Below are positions 61,467 to 64,000 of a stretch of DNA of 64,000 nucleotides, piece after piece. The stretch is from positions 160,001-224,000 of the forward strand of contig JBNRMN010000034.1 of NCBI GenBank assembly GCA_050309605.1. Reading direction: 5' to 3'. The first letter of the stretch is position 1; every line of letters begins with the position of its first letter. The position numbers and the translations under genes are program-made. The notes under the pieces were generated by a model. That model saw only the letters and a program-made list of their open reading frames with translations. It searched no databases and was not told the origin of the DNA. Source of the DNA: Anaerohalosphaeraceae bacterium. GTDB taxonomy: Bacteria > Planctomycetota > Phycisphaerae > Sedimentisphaerales > Anaerohalosphaeraceae.

Positions 61467-62993
61467 TTAACTTTTATGTTTCTTCAGTATTTTCACGACT
61501 TTTATAAGTCGCAGTATCGGCTCAATGCTCCACTCTATCATGCAGCATGCTACAAAATACACAGCTATACCCACACAAAAGGTAATGAATAACTGTGATG
61601 CCGGATTAAAACCGTAAATCAAGAAAGTGTTCAGCGAGAAGACTGCAGAGGCCATTATCAGCGACGCCAATAGCGGTGTTCTGAACGCGTTTAATATAAT
61701 TCTCAATGTTACCGGTGTACCCCGCGAAGCATACCACATAGACGGAATAAACAAGCTCAACCTGCAAACAGTAACCGCAAATGCAACCGCTGTCGGGCCA
61801 TGGCCTGCGCTTACAGAAATAGAGCCTATCAGAAGTAATCCATCGACCAATCCAAGTCTGAACATGCGATGGGTTTGATTTGTTGTCACAAAAAGCCATC
61901 CTTGACTGGTCCAAACAGTGTATACCAATCCAAAGATTCCAAGTATTGCAAAAATACTGCTTGCCGCAAGCCATTGTTCTCCCAGTACAATTTCAATAAC
62001 TTGAGATGACATCACAATCAGAAATGCAGTCACGGGCATTGAAAAAAATGACATGAAATATATTACCTGGCTATAAAATAAACGGTAATTAACGGAATCT
62101 TCCTGCAACCGGCTGAGTGCAGGAATCGCCACCGATCCGATCGGACCTCTTATTTGGGTCAATGGCAGCAATAGTAGTGCATATGCTCTGCTGTAATACC
62201 CTAACGCAACCGAACCTGACAGTTTCCCTATTAAAACGTGGTCTAGATGGCGGCTGATATAATTTACAATACTGTTTGCCGTAATAAAACCGCCAAAACC
62301 CAGCATTTTCTTTGTACCAATTCGACGCTTAGGCCTGCCCGGAAGCCATGGAAAAGCAATCCATTTGCCGGCGGCTGTGGCTACGGCAAGTGCAATGTGC
62401 ATGAAAACCAGCGACCAGTAACCAGCACCAAACAGGCCGGCAATGATGGCAACAGCAACAGCGATAGCCATTGCGACAATCTCGACTACACCGATAGCAA
62501 GAAAACGCATATGCCGCTGCAGCATGGCCTGATGCTGGACGGTCAGGCCGCCAAAAATGAAGGTTGTTGCCAGCGCCATGGTTACCGGTGTCAACCGCGG
62601 ATCGTCGTAAAACCACGCCACGGCCGGCGCCAGAGCGAATACAACAGCAGCTACCGAGACTCCCAACGCAGCATTGACCCAGAAAAGCGTGCTGACTTGG
62701 TCATGATTGATCTCGGCCCTTTGAACCGTCGCAGACGAAAGCCCCAAGTCACGAAACATCAATGCAAAATTGGTCACAGCGGTGACCATCGCAATGAGGC
62801 CAAAATCGGCCGGCGTCAGGATGCGCGCCAAAACGACCGTTGAGCCGGTCTTCAGGATAAACTTGCAGGCTTGGGATACTACTGTTATCGCCCCGCCGCG
62901 GACGGAACGGCCTTTCAAATCGGCCGTTAGGTAGCTGGTGTCGAATAGATCAGAGGAGTTTTGAGGTTTAAGTTTTGAGTTAATTGTCAGCAT
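61467..62993 (-). CDS. wzx: Wzx flippase (WzxC-like)
   Basis: LARILTPADFGLIAM, DLGLSSA and LGYYSRAY; many TM segments. Confidence 0.9.
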   Translation of the reverse strand: MLTINSKLKPQNSSDLFDTSYLTADLKGRSVRGGAITVVSQACKFILKTGSTVVLARILTPADFGLIAMVTAVTNFALMFRDLGLSSATVQRAEINHDQVSTLFWVNAALGVSVAAVVFALAPAVAWFYDDPRLTPVTMALATTFIFGGLTVQHQAMLQRHMRFLAIGVVEIVAMAIAVAVAIIAGLFGAGYWSLVFMHIALAVATAAGKWIAFPWLPGRPKRRIGTKKMLGFGGFITANSIVNYISRHLDHVLIGKLSGSVALGYYSRAYALLLLPLTQIRGPIGSVAIPALSRLQEDSVNYRLFYSQVIYFMSFFSMPVTAFLIVMSSQVIEIVLGEQWLAASSIFAILGIFGLVYTVWTSQGWLFVTTNQTHRMFRLGLVDGLLLIGSISVSAGHGPTAVAFAVTVCRLSLFIPSMWYASRGTPVTLRIILNAFRTPLLASLIMASAVFSLNTFLIYGFNPASQLFITFCVGIAVYFVACCMIEWSIEPILRLIKVVKILKKHKS

Positions 62994-63565
62994 TCAGATT
63001 CCAGCTTCCAGCGGCCAGCTTCGCTGGAATTTAGAATGAAGAAAGAAAAATGTAGAATTTAATAACATTCAATTAAGTCTGCGCGGACGCTGTCCCGGTC
63101 GGTTGACGACAATTTTGAATTTTTAATGCTTAATTTTTAATTATTCAGTAGCAAGCCTTCAGCGTCCGGCTTCCAGCGGCCAGTGGACAAGAAATTGCCT
63201 ATTTCCGATTTCCTATTGCCAATGTGATTAAGCCGACACGTTCGGTCTTTAACGGGCTGAAACGACCGTATGATTCTGGTAATGGACGGTCTTTTTCTCT
63301 CGCCGCGCTGCAACTGTATTCAACTGTCACTATTTCGGCTGTTTACGGGGATAATTGTACCAAAAAATAGGAAGAAAACAAGATTGTCTTGTGTTTGAGC
63401 TGCCGGCTGCGCCGGAATGTAGAATTTAGTATATAGAATGAAGAATTCGTAATCAGCTTCCGGCGGTCAGCGGTCGGCAAGGTGCGGAATTTTCTTCATC
63501 AGTATCCTTAAAGTCCGATAATATTATTGCGGCTGCGTTGACGGAGGGAACGGGATACGTTAAAC

Positions 63566-63636
63566 TAACTCAAACGGGTCGATGGCCAGTGTGAGAGATT
63601 AAAAATCAAAGATTAAAGAGCAAAATTTTCGGTCAG
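63566..63636. repeat. Dispersed repeat B, copy 3 (internally deleted)
   Basis: TAACTCAAAC...GATGGCCAGT.TGAGAGAT.AAAAATCAAAGATTAAAGAGCAAAATT is joined directly to TTCGGTCAG. Confidence 0.8.
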
Positions 63637-63794
63637 CTTGAGAAGCTAAATAGTTTGGTTATGGGATTTTATTGGGTTTGTTGGATTGCGGCTTGCTATC
63701 GCCTTGGAGATTGCGGGGGGATATTTTATGCTTTATTTGAGTTGAAAAACCTTCGACATGACGAAATATGACATTCAAACTTGAGGATTGTGGT

Positions 63795-64000
63795 ATGAAG
63801 ACCATCTTTTATAGCGGACGGTTACCAATCGCGGCCTGTTCTTTGTTGCTGATGTTAACCACAACGGCGAGCGCTGAGGTCGGCCCGAACTGGATTGAGC
63901 AATGGGGCATTCGCTGGACATTTGATAAGAATCTTTCGCTGGACGGTGCAGGCGATACATATCAATACGGCCAGTTCGTTAATGGCGATTATTGGGTTAT
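63795..64000 (+). CDS. Exported hypothetical protein, runs off the window end
   Basis: GAGGA RBS; translates as MKTIFYSGRLPIAACSLLLMLTTTASA-EVGPNWIEQWGIRWTFDKN...YGQFVNGDYWV with no stop; absent from the supplied ORF track. Confidence 0.8.
   Translation, partial: MKTIFYSGRLPIAACSLLLMLTTTASAEVGPNWIEQWGIRWTFDKNLSLDGAGDTYQYGQFVNGDYWV

Noticed and set aside
63775..63960. Minus-strand 61-aa ORF
   Set aside because: The plus strand has an RBS, a signal peptide and an open frame from 63795.

Overview
Bacterial chromosomal window, most likely from a planctomycete of the Phycisphaerae/Sedimentisphaerales type. This is inferred from the PEP-CTERM protein, the H-X9-DG prepilin and the dockerin-like 'GDLNxDCxVDLxDF..W' C-terminus. 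From left to right it holds two tandem GH43-CBM6 glycosidases, carB-carA, a HEAT-repeat gene followed by a complete F1Fo ATP synthase operon, a PQQ-type propeller, purH, an ArnT/LAB_N fusion with a GT2, comF, divergent queF/queC, a degenerate PfkB protein, a NAGPA-like protein, a pentapeptide/channel gene split by one in-frame TGA, TPR/response regulator/kinase genes and two CNNM/CBS genes. A cobalamin-riboswitch operon follows (PEP-CTERM, dockerin-tailed surface protein, pseudopilin), then about 25 kb of minus-strand exopolysaccharide genes. The most striking candidate system is in the EPS cluster: an exosortase and the priming phosphoglycosyl transferase, flanking wzc, each carry an N-terminal degenerate nucleotidyltransferase plus left-handed beta-helix module. 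The EPS region also contains dispersed non-coding repeats, a direct-repeat-flanked orphan gene and heptamer arrays. All calls rest on motif recognition by eye; no searches were run.
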